NCBI GenBank assembly: GCA_963765145.1 | Contig: CAVXVG010000026.1 | Span: 192,001-256,000 of the forward strand | Direction of reading: 5' to 3' | Length of the DNA: 64,000 nucleotides | From: Parachlamydiales bacterium | GTDB lineage: Bacteria > Chlamydiota > Chlamydiia > Chlamydiales > JAJFMK01 | In this document: piece after piece, positions 49,162 to 58,292 of the stretch | Numbering within the stretch: the stretch's first letter is position 1 | Layout of the letters: every line of letters begins with the position of its first letter | The notes under the pieces: generated by a model | Told to the model about the DNA's origin: nothing | Databases searched by the model: none | Seen by the model: only the letters and a program-made list of their open reading frames with translations | Made by a program: the position numbers and the translations under genes

Positions 49162-49878
49162 ATGCACGAGAAGGTTGGGGTTATTGTTCAAGCCCGTTTA
49201 GGGTCTGAAAGGCTGCCAGGGAAAGTATTGCTTCAAGCGTGCAATAAGTCGTTCTTAGAGCTATTATTAGAAAGATTATCTGGTTTAAACCCCATTGTCG
49301 CGACAACCACCCTAGACCGAGATCTTCCGATTGTCGAACTGTGTGAAAAGCTAAAGGTACCCACCTACAGAGGAAGCGAACAAGATGTTCTTGAAAGAAC
49401 CTATCGAGCTGCCAAAGAAAATGGGCTTAAAACCATCGTCAGGATCACCTCTGATTGCCCCTTGGCAGACCCGGAGATGATTTCGAACTATTTACAACAG
49501 TTTGAGGAGGAAGATGTCGATTACCTCACCAATACGTTGGAAAGAACATTTCCTAGAGGAATGGATGTCGAAATTTTTACGTTTAAAGCTTTGGAATCGG
49601 CGTGGAAAGAGGCTCGAGAACCTTATGACAGAGAACATGTAACTCCTTACATCCGTCACCATTGGGGTCGATTTAAACCCTTTTCTGTCTTTCAGAAAGA
49701 GGATTTGTCCTCTATCCGTTTGACACTCGATACGCCAGATGATTATAAACTGCTCAAGGCCATTTTTGAGGAACTTTACCCAAAGAAAAAGAATTTCGAT
49801 TACCAAGACATTCTACAAGTATTAAAAGAGCATCCTGATTGGATCGAATGGAACCACCATGTTAACCAAAAAAGTTGA
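49162..49878 (+). CDS. spsF: SpsF-family cytidylyltransferase-like protein
   Basis: IVQARLGSERLPGKVL, RGSEQDVL.R, RITSDCPL.DP, REHVTPY, RLTLDT. Confidence 0.88.
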   Translation: MHEKVGVIVQARLGSERLPGKVLLQACNKSFLELLLERLSGLNPIVATTTLDRDLPIVELCEKLKVPTYRGSEQDVLERTYRAAKENGLKTIVRITSDCPLADPEMISNYLQQFEEEDVDYLTNTLERTFPRGMDVEIFTFKALESAWKEAREPYDREHVTPYIRHHWGRFKPFSVFQKEDLSSIRLTLDTPDDYKLLKAIFEELYPKKKNFDYQDILQVLKEHPDWIEWNHHVNQKS

Positions 49879-50512
49879 AGCGATCTGCATTGATTTAGAT
49901 CAAACATTGATCGAATCTTATCCCTCACTCTTCAAGGCCTATGTTAAGTTTTTATTGGTGCAAGGAAAGCAGGCAGATGAAGGGGAGTTTCAATCGTTAA
50001 ATGGCATTCCCATTTTTGAAATGTTGCCTATTTTAAAAAAACGGCACGATTTGCATTTGCCTCTTGAAGAGCTGCAAACAATCTATAAAAATTTTATCGA
50101 AGAAGAATATTTAGATTCCCCTTTAATTGAAGGCGCTAATGACTTTCTAGAGTGGGCCACAAGCAAAAAAATCCCTCTGGCTTTAGTGACCTCATCAAGG
50201 GAGGAATGGGTAGGCCCCATTCTAGGGAAGCTGAAAATCGGTCATTTTTTTGACGCAATTGTGACAAGAGACAGGGTCGAGCATGGGAAACCTTTTCCAG
50301 ATCCCTTTTTACTAGCTGTGGATGAGCTTGAGGTCAACTCTGCTAATTCCTATGCTATCGACGATGCTGAAATTGGGCTGCAATCGGCAATATCTGCAGG
50401 TTTGATCACTCTCCGCTTCGTTCCAAATCCCCCTTTTCCACCAGGAAGTGGCAATTGGGCCACCCTTAAAGCTTTTTTTATTAGATCTCTTGATGCAATT
50501 CAAACAAATTAA
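49859..50512 (+). CDS. HAD-family phosphatase
   Basis: DLDQTLIES, LVTSS, GKPFPDPF, IDDAEIG. Confidence 0.88.
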   Translation: MLTKKVEAICIDLDQTLIESYPSLFKAYVKFLLVQGKQADEGEFQSLNGIPIFEMLPILKKRHDLHLPLEELQTIYKNFIEEEYLDSPLIEGANDFLEWATSKKIPLALVTSSREEWVGPILGKLKIGHFFDAIVTRDRVEHGKPFPDPFLLAVDELEVNSANSYAIDDAEIGLQSAISAGLITLRFVPNPPFPPGSGNWATLKAFFIRSLDAIQTN

Positions 50513-51059
50513 GACACCGAAATTGCCCCCACTCGATTGGAATGGCCCTTATGAGGAACAAGTTTTTGTTGCAAAGGAGATTGGGAAAAAGATCGTAGGT
50601 TATTTTGTTCCGTACCGTTACCTTTACGCCTACACAACAGATAAAGAATGGCGCAGCAAGCTTCCATTTATCCCTGTCGGTGTTTCTGGTCTGGTTAGAA
50701 AAGGAGACCAGATTCTTTTTGGAAAAAGAGGGCAGAATGTCACTCAGTACAAGGGCTATTGGGAAACACCACCATCGGGCTCTATCACGGAAGGTCCTGA
50801 ACAGTTAGACCCCATTTTACACATCTTAAAAGAACTTCAAGAAGAGACCGGCATCACAAAAGCTCTTAAAGTGACGCCTATCAGAGAGGTCTTGGACCGT
50901 GAAACGGGTCGACTCGACCTGTGTTTTCAGATAGATGTCGACCAAAATCCTATTCCAACAGACGAATATCAGGAATTTATTTGGGTAAATGTAGGCGATT
51001 CTCTCACCCATTTAGGGAAAAAGGTCGTTCCTCTGAGCCGCCAACTCTTCCATTTATGA
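50493..51059 (+). CDS. NUDIX hydrolase
   Basis: WETPPSG...KELQEETGI Nudix box. Confidence 0.82.
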   Translation: MQFKQIKTPKLPPLDWNGPYEEQVFVAKEIGKKIVGYFVPYRYLYAYTTDKEWRSKLPFIPVGVSGLVRKGDQILFGKRGQNVTQYKGYWETPPSGSITEGPEQLDPILHILKELQEETGITKALKVTPIREVLDRETGRLDLCFQIDVDQNPIPTDEYQEFIWVNVGDSLTHLGKKVVPLSRQLFHL

Positions 51060-51122
51060 TTTTCATTTTATTAAAATCCATGTCGATGTAAATGTAAATT
51101 TTTACAAACAAAGGATCTTTTG

Positions 51123-52342
51123 ATGAAATACTCAAGTCTTATTGCGATAGGGGTTGCCTGTGTAACACCTGTTGTCGCTGAAAACTGGCAAGATAATTGC
51201 GACTGCCCCATGAATGAGGGATATTCATATCCTTTTTTAGACAATTGTGAAAGTCATTATTTTGCAGGAGTTGACTATTTAGCCTGGTACGTAGACCAGG
51301 AAGGAATGTCCTACGCATCAGCTTATGATATCGCTAACACAACAGCCATAACCACTGCCAACACCGCAGATGGTAAAGATCTATTCTTCAAAACAAAATG
51401 GGACTCAGGCGTCCGTGCAATGGCTGGATTTAAGCCGTGCAATAAATCTTGGGATATCAGAGGTTCGTATACCTATTTTTCAACCAACGATAAACCAAGA
51501 GCTCTTTCATCAAGCGCAACATCAATAAGCACACTACCACCAGAGGGTGGATCCATCATCACGACGTCAGGTACGGTTATTATCCCTGCCTATTTCTCAG
51601 TCCGAGAACCAGCTGCCGGCTTTGCTTCGGATGAGGCTATTATTACATATTCAATTCTTCCCAGATGGAAATTCAACTTCAATCAAGCAGATCTTGAACT
51701 GAGCGAAGAGTTCTTTGTGACATGTGATGCCACAATCAGATTTTTTGGAGGTTTCAGAGGCTTATGGACCAACCAGAAGTTTGAAGAGGTCATAGCTCTT
51801 GAATCAACATTTTTGAGTGATGGTATTACAACAACATTCGGCTCTTCAGCTGCTTTTGAAGCACAACATAAATTTAGTGCGTTTGGAGCAAGAGCCGGCT
51901 TTGACTTTAACTACACTGTTGGCGGAGGACTCGATCTTTACGCAAGTTGTGCAGGGTCTATCCTTTGGGGATGGTTCAATGATCGACAATCATATGCTGT
52001 AACTACCGCAGTCGTAGAAGCAACTGCTACTAACGATGCTGCAGAAACATTTACACATTCCCACCACACATCTATCTTAAACTTAGATACAGCTTTTGGA
52101 CTTCGTTGAACTATTGGCTAAATTGCAATCGCCATCTCTTGACGGTCAGATTTGGTTGGGAGCAGCACATTTATCTGAATATCAATCAATTTCAAAATTT
52201 TGCCAACACGCCGCTTGTAGGTGCAATCGGACCAGGTAGCCTTGTTCTAAACGTTAATCAACAACCATTTGTTGATCACAATGTTCAAAGAGGCGATCTT
52301 TCTCTCTCAGGATTTGTTGTCGGCTTACAATACGCATTCTAA
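51123..52342 (+). CDS. MOMP-like / Lpg1974-family outer-membrane porin (frameshift near 52106)
   Basis: Cys-rich signal region, WDSGVR.MAG, GWEQHIY, GDLSLSG and terminal F. One missing base in cgttgaac splits the two ORFs. Confidence 0.8.
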
Positions 52343-52350
52343 TCAATTCA

Positions 52351-52370
52351 GGGGGCTTTAAAAAGCCCCC
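52351..52370. terminator. Hairpin terminator between convergent genes
   Basis: gggggcttt-aa-aaagccccc. Confidence 0.6.
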
Positions 52371-52410
52371 ACTCTTCCCAAAAGAAAAGCTACAATGCGT
52401 TACACATTTC

Positions 52411-53349
52411 TCAAAATCTAAAGAGGAGGCTGCCACCGGCGTAAAAACTGCCGTCAGCTTTCAGATCTGTAAGCACATCGCCCCATGTATTAGAGACTTG
52501 CAGATCAGGCCGGAACATATAACCGATGTGGGCATTGATGCTGAAGAAAGGGCCTGGTGAGTAAGTGATGCCTAACTCTTCACCAGCATTGCGATATTCT
52601 AAAATTCCTGAAGGGATAATGTCGTCTTGTTTCAACCGGTGACGCGAGTTGATAAACCGGGTTGTCAAACCAATAGCAATAGGTTTAATAGGGCGGTAAA
52701 GAACAGAAATATTCACAGGATAAACAGCGTGTATTTCCCATTGGCTATTGATGTTCCACTCAAAACCAAGGACAGGCCAAAATTTGTCTTGGCGTAAGCC
52801 TGAACGCCCAATGAAACCGGCAGACATCGAGAGGCAAGGAAGGTATGCATAGGTTGCCCATCCACCGTAAAAATAGAGATAGCAACGCTTGCCACCTAAA
52901 TCGAGGTCTGCGTTGAATTGAAATTCTCCCTGATAAGTCCAGTCTCCTTCAAAGACTTTCCCGCCTAATGTGACGTAAGCATTTTGAAAGTTGGTTCTAT
53001 CAAACAAATCGACATTTTCTAGGGTGATCCATGTTTTTTGGTAACCTGCAGCAACAGAATACATGGCACATCCGCAAGGAAACACATAACCTGCTCTAGC
53101 ATCGGTTTCGGCGTAGCCAAGTCTTTCCATTACGGCACTTTGAAGTTGCGAATTTCTCGGCACTTGCAGAGCTGAAGGTTGGATCCAATCGCCACGACCA
53201 TCGATTTGAAAAAAGGCTGGAGTAACTGTAGAGGGCTCTAGAGGAGTTTCTAACACATCATCGAAAGATGGGGTATCATTTAATGCAGGCAAATTTGCTG
53301 CTGTTAGCGGTACTGTTAATGTGAAGAGAAGGGAGGTCCAGATGTTCAT
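52411..53349 (-). CDS. Outer-membrane beta-barrel protein (DUF6268-like)
   Basis: Signal peptide, amphipathic strands, WPVLGFEW..N..W....VYP, terminal F. Confidence 0.72.
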   Translation of the reverse strand: MNIWTSLLFTLTVPLTAANLPALNDTPSFDDVLETPLEPSTVTPAFFQIDGRGDWIQPSALQVPRNSQLQSAVMERLGYAETDARAGYVFPCGCAMYSVAAGYQKTWITLENVDLFDRTNFQNAYVTLGGKVFEGDWTYQGEFQFNADLDLGGKRCYLYFYGGWATYAYLPCLSMSAGFIGRSGLRQDKFWPVLGFEWNINSQWEIHAVYPVNISVLYRPIKPIAIGLTTRFINSRHRLKQDDIIPSGILEYRNAGEELGITYSPGPFFSINAHIGYMFRPDLQVSNTWGDVLTDLKADGSFYAGGSLLFRF

Positions 53350-53402
53350 ATGCTATCCTATAGAGGGAAATTTTCGGGCTGAGTATAAAGAAATAACTCT
53401 TT

Positions 53403-54807
53403 TCAGGCGAGTGTGCGCTTCTCTTCTTTCTGTTTGAAAGTGATCCCTTCTCCCACTTTTTGCGAGGCGCGCACCCAAACAAACGTGAAAAAGAGAGCTA
53501 GGATGCTGGCGGGCCAGCAGCTTTTGGCAAGCGAGCCGCAAATGGTGATAAGACCGATGCTAAGAAAAGAAGAGGCTCCACGGCCAAACCTTGAACCAAT
53601 ACCATCGATAATAAGCTTTCCCTTAACTTGAGCTTCTGCTGACAAGTCCATGAATGCCAGTTCTTTGGATGGATCTGAAAAAGCGTATTTTGCAGATCTG
53701 CAAAGGCAATAATGGAGGCTGCCAAAAAAGACCAAGATTTCTAGAGAAGAATAACCACCAAAGGAGAAAGAGAAGCAAAGGGTTCCAAAAAAGCCAAAGC
53801 CTGTAACAAGGGCGCAAAGGGGCGTGACAAGGGCTGTTACTACCCATCTTGACCTTTGCAAAATGGTGGGCGCAATGATGATGGAGCCTAATGCGGTTAA
53901 AACCCCGCACCACAGGTTTAGCTGACCCATATAGTTGAAATAGTCGGCGGGCAATGGATAAAAGTCTTTTAGTTTATCCAGAAAAAACAATTCACCTAAG
54001 CAGTAGGCCATGTACTCTGCCCACACTGTACTCCGAGGAACCACAGTTGGGGAGAGTTTCTAAAATAATTCCAAGCAGAAGCTAAAGAAAGAGGTTCACC
54101 TTTTTCTGTTTTCTCTGTGGGCCCTCTTCCGGCAAAGCACTTCTCAAGTTTGGAGAAGAGAAAAAGGGAAGCTAAGCTAATCACTGCTAAGTTCAGAGTC
54201 ATTGCAATCAAGACATGGTGCCAATGGTCTGAAGCTAGTGGAAAAAAGGACCAGACATTTCTTGAGGTGCAGAAAGTGGTGATAGGTCCTGCAAGGACAG
54301 CGCCAATACTGCCGCCAAGCATTAAAGGGGGGTAGAACCGGCTTGGCTTCGTCGACTAAAAGGTGCCGGTTTAAAAAACCCCAGAACAAGACACTTAGAA
54401 GGATGACCTTCCATAATTCAGAAACGACAAAGAAAAGTAGGGAAGGGATGTGTTTTAAATAGGGGGTCGTTTCAAAAAAATGGAGCGGATGGATGACAAA
54501 ACAATAGAGGAGAAAAAAGGAGAGAAAGGCAATGGTTGTCGTATAAAAAACGGAGGCGATCGAGTACCGTTTTAATAATTTTGTTAACCCCCAAGTCATC
54601 AAAATTGCAGCAGGCAGGGTGCCAAATAGCTCAAACCAGGGGATTAGGTTGGCGCTCCCGGCCTTGTCGACCACAACCACCGCATTTCTCGCGCTTCAGA
54701 AGGAGTGTGTAGTTGATATTGATCAAGCAGGTGATCAAGGAACATCAAGATCACTTGCGTCCATTCACCCGACCAATAGGGAACAACCACTCTCTTAGCT
54801 TTTTCAT
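53403..54807 (-). pseudogene. Npt/Tlc-family nucleotide transporter, multiply frameshifted
   Basis: FFVVSELW...LLSVLFWGFLN, AKYAFSDPSKELAF and KGKLIIDGIGSRFGR are spread over three ORFs plus a broken 5' part starting at ATG 54807; about five indels. Confidence 0.85.
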
Positions 54808-54849
54808 AACAAAAAGTTTACCTGGAAATCCTATTACCCTCAAATTCAA

Positions 54850-54945
54850 CCCTTGCCCGTGCCCTTGCCCGAATTTTTACCTTTGAAGTTTTTTTGGACA
54901 AATTAAATAGGGCGTTTATTAAAAATTTTTTGGGCAAGGGCAAGG
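54850..54945. repeat. Empty (CCCTTG)n/(CAAGGG)n inverted-repeat element
   Basis: cccttgcccgtgcccttgcccga ... tgggcaagggcaagg with a ~60 bp AT-rich spacer; same arms as 10628-11066. Confidence 0.8.
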
Positions 54946-54947
54946 AA

Positions 54948-56417
54948 TTAGTGGCGTAACAGGGTCACTTGATGGATGAAATGGGGGTCTTCCGTCCATT
55001 CTTCTACCGAGGGGATGAACTGGAATGTCCAGTTAAAGTCGGAAATGGTGCCCGGAATGTTGATCCTTTCGAGGCTTGGGCTTTCAAAGGACCATTTAGG
55101 TTCTAAGTCGAGATATTCTTGAAGGGGATTGACGTGGTATTGGCTGGTGGTTTGATGGCTGATCTTTAAAATCTGATGACGCATTTCTTTTGAGATTTTT
55201 TCCTGATCGGGGATGCCGAAGGTGTGAGCAAAAAGCTTGGCATCATTAGGGAATTTTTCCCACCACTCTGCCATCGTTTCTGAGTCATGGGTGGTCAAAC
55301 TTGTCATGCTAATCGGGTCGTATTGATCTCCGGGGATAAAGGGATGTCCATTATGATGGTAATTTCTTTCCCATCGCATGATTCTTAAACCGGGTATGTG
55401 TTGCCGATTCATCACTTGACGTATCTCAGGGGGAATCACCCCTAGGTCTTCGCCCATGATTTTCATCGTTGTGTGGTCACTCATCCACCGAAGCAAATAT
55501 TCTCCCTGCTTCAGCGCATCATGGAAATTGTCGGGGACATAATGCCCCTGTTTTGGAGTTTTTCCATCGGGGATATACCATAGCCTAAAAAAACCGATCA
55601 CATGATCTATGCGGAAGAGGTCATAATACCGTTCGGCTGCGGCCAATCGTTCTGTAAAAATAGGGTAGTTAGCTTTGTGGATTTCGTCCCAATTAATGGG
55701 AGGAAAGCCCCAGGCTTGCCCTTCAGAGTTAAATTGATCGGGTGGAACCCCCACGGTTGCACCCTCTACAAACAGATGCTTGTATTCGTAATATTTGACA
55801 CTATCACGCGAAAGAAGCAGAGGGCTGTCTCCGATGAGGTAGATCCCTTTTCTTCTGGCTGTTTCTGCCACAGTTTTAAGCTGCTGATGCAACAGATACT
55901 GAACTAAAATATACGGGCGTATCTCTTCTTCTGAGACTTCAAAGTCGGTCCAATCCCACCATGGTTTATAGTGGTTTTTTTCTTTGAGAGCTACATACTT
56001 GCCGTAAGGATAGATCCAAGGGGTTGATTCTAAAAACTGAACATACTCTTCTTCGTGCCGTAAAGTTTCTTCGTGTGCAAGGATATACCTTTTGATCCAT
56101 TTGAGCTTTTCTTCGCGGACGTGTCCATAGTTAAATCTTGAGGTTTTTTCAAAAACGGGCAGTGCCTCTTTCTTATTTGGAAGGGCGTGGAGAGACAAAA
56201 AAATCGGGTGTATTGCTGTTGTTGAAATGGCGCTATAAGGGCTGGAATCGGCCCCAGAGTCGGTGAGTGGAAGCAATTGGAGGGTGTCAAAGCCCACCCT
56301 TTTCATCCAGTCTAAAACGGGCAATAGGTCAAATATTTCTCCATTGCCGCAACTGTTTTTAGAGTGAAGGGCAGAAACAGGAAGAGCAATACCGTGTCGT
56401 TTAGGAAGCAAGGCCAA
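54948..56417 (-). CDS. malQ: 4-alpha-glucanotransferase (amylomaltase, GH77)
   Basis: QLLPL.D...SSPYSAIS, GVPPDQF...GQAWGFP, FRIDHVIGFFR, GEDLG, TTHD, RINIPGT; TTG at 56417 is the likely start. Confidence 0.95.
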   Translation of the reverse strand: MALLPKRHGIALPVSALHSKNSCGNGEIFDLLPVLDWMKRVGFDTLQLLPLTDSGADSSPYSAISTTAIHPIFLSLHALPNKKEALPVFEKTSRFNYGHVREEKLKWIKRYILAHEETLRHEEEYVQFLESTPWIYPYGKYVALKEKNHYKPWWDWTDFEVSEEEIRPYILVQYLLHQQLKTVAETARRKGIYLIGDSPLLLSRDSVKYYEYKHLFVEGATVGVPPDQFNSEGQAWGFPPINWDEIHKANYPIFTERLAAAERYYDLFRIDHVIGFFRLWYIPDGKTPKQGHYVPDNFHDALKQGEYLLRWMSDHTTMKIMGEDLGVIPPEIRQVMNRQHIPGLRIMRWERNYHHNGHPFIPGDQYDPISMTSLTTHDSETMAEWWEKFPNDAKLFAHTFGIPDQEKISKEMRHQILKISHQTTSQYHVNPLQEYLDLEPKWSFESPSLERINIPGTISDFNWTFQFIPSVEEWTEDPHFIHQVTLLRH

Positions 56418-56856
56418 ACATCCCTGATGATTTTTTGGGTGATGGAGAGGTAACAACAGGCACTGTATTCGAAGCAAGGGAGGCAGACCAGGATCTTGCT
56501 TTTTCGTTGAACGGCTCTAAGAAACTAGCGATCTGTTTACCGTTCAGGTTTTTTACTAGCAGATAGGCGTATAAATAAAGATCGCTGTTTTTTTTAGAAT
56601 AACCGAAAGTTCCTATGTGAAAGTCGATATAATTAGCCTTCAACGTCTGTTCCAGAAAATCTTGTCTAAACCGGCCTGGAGGCAATGTTCCAATGGGAGA
56701 ACCGATGAGTAGACGAGATTCATCTCGATCCACCTCTATTTGAACGACCAATCCGTCCGGGTATTGCAATTTACAGGTATTGAGATGGTCTGGTTTTAGT
56801 TGTGTATCCAAAATGGTGCCTAATTCTTCCATTAGACCGCCAAATAAAGTGTCCAT
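56401..56856 (-). CDS. scc1: Type III secretion chaperone (SycE/CesT family, Scc1)
   Basis: LKPD..NTC, GTLPPGRFR, ~150 aa; lies between copN and malQ as in Chlamydia. Confidence 0.85.
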   Translation of the reverse strand: MDTLFGGLMEELGTILDTQLKPDHLNTCKLQYPDGLVVQIEVDRDESRLLIGSPIGTLPPGRFRQDFLEQTLKANYIDFHIGTFGYSKKNSDLYLYAYLLVKNLNGKQIASFLEPFNEKARSWSASLASNTVPVVTSPSPKKSSGMFGLAS

Positions 56857-58013
56857 TAAAAATCATCCTCCGCTTCTTCTTCCTGTTTAGCAATCATATC
56901 GTCTAATTCATCTTCCAACGACTCTAAAGCCCCAATTAGAGCCTTACTCACCTGCTCACGGTGCTCTAGTGAGCGGTAGATCAAATTGAAGGCGACTTCC
57001 CTGACAGCATCTCTCTCCTGTGAGAAGGTGTAAATTTTGGCAATAATGGATTTGTCAATGCCTAGTTTGGCAGCACTTTGCAGGATTTTTTCTGGACTTG
57101 GGTATCTATCATCGACCAATCCCATAAATTGTTTTGCAAGGGCTTCAAAAGTCAGCTCTGGGGGCATTGGCATCTTTTCTTTTTCTAGGAGCTTTTTTAA
57201 AAGAGGCATTCTTCCTTTAAAGAAGTTAAAAAGCCCTAAAATAGCTTGAAGGCCACGAACTTCCTTCAGTAAGTTGTGTAAAAGGCCTCTAGGGATCGAG
57301 GGACCTTTCGACTTTAAATCACTACCGACAGAATGGAGCAAATAGCGGATGACTTCGCGCAATTTTTTATAGGCATACTTATTAGCCAGTTCTTCAAATA
57401 AAGTGGTTGTTTCTCTTGGGGTTCCGGTGATGTTTCTATAAAGATCTCTTAAAGAGGCAGGGGTGTCGAGCCCCTCGCGGGAGGCTTCTAAAGCTGCTTC
57501 CTGTACATTGCGTCCTGCAGCAATTTCTCGGCCAAAGTACTGATTAAGCGCCCTTTTTGCCTCTAACAACTGCTCTTTCATGTCGGCATTGCAGGTGGCA
57601 AGGAGAAATTCGAGAGCTTCATCCATTAAACTGACATCTTCAAAGAACCGTTTAATGGTCTCGAGTATTTTCTCTGGGGAATCGCCCTTTTTAATCATAT
57701 CGCGTAGGGCAAGGAGAGCTTTGGGGTCTAGTTCCGGGTTTCTTTCCTTAAACTCGTCGGCCATTTGTTCGATCTCTTTGATCGGCAAGTTCATCCCTTT
57801 TTCGCGCATCTGTTCAGCTTTAACAGTGGCTTGTGTGCGGGATTTGATGTCAGCTTGACGGCCGGGACGCAAAGAGGCTGTTGGGCTTAAATTTTCTGCT
57901 AAAGTTGCTTCAGATTCTGTTTGAGCAAGTTTTTGCGCTGCTTCTTCCTCTTTTGTGGTCGCAGTAGCCTGCATAATCCTCTGCATGGAGGAAGAGATAT
58001 TAGGGACGTCCAT
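56856..58013 (-). CDS. copN: T3SS gatekeeper CopN/SctW
   Basis: NPEL....L..LR, LRDLYR..T, DL.S.GPSI; downstream of sctV. Confidence 0.88.
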   Translation of the reverse strand: MDVPNISSSMQRIMQATATTKEEEAAQKLAQTESEATLAENLSPTASLRPGRQADIKSRTQATVKAEQMREKGMNLPIKEIEQMADEFKERNPELDPKALLALRDMIKKGDSPEKILETIKRFFEDVSLMDEALEFLLATCNADMKEQLLEAKRALNQYFGREIAAGRNVQEAALEASREGLDTPASLRDLYRNITGTPRETTTLFEELANKYAYKKLREVIRYLLHSVGSDLKSKGPSIPRGLLHNLLKEVRGLQAILGLFNFFKGRMPLLKKLLEKEKMPMPPELTFEALAKQFMGLVDDRYPSPEKILQSAAKLGIDKSIIAKIYTFSQERDAVREVAFNLIYRSLEHREQVSKALIGALESLEDELDDMIAKQEEEAEDDF

Positions 58014-58057
58014 ATCTCTATGGTAACACAATAATTATTTTAATTTAGCGGGTGAAA

Positions 58058-58275
58058 AAAACCACAGAGTCACAGAGATCACAGAGGAAATTTGAGAGCA
58101 ATGAGAACGTCTCACTGCGCAAAAGAAGTAAGAGTTGCTCTTTAGAGTCTTCCGAGTCTTTGTTTTAAACTTTTATAAAGATTAAAAACATAAAGGAAAA
58201 AGTTTAAGCTACCTATGCTAACTTTGTCTCAATGCTCTCAAATTTCCTCTGTGATCTCTGTGACTCTGTGGTTTT
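58058..58275. repeat. Inverted tandem-repeat element (CACAGAG family), empty
   Basis: 49-bp arms aaaaccacagagtcacagagatcacagaggaaatttgagagcaatgaga and its reverse complement, one mismatch. Confidence 0.9.
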
Positions 58276-58292
58276 ATTTGCCAGTCATGAGG

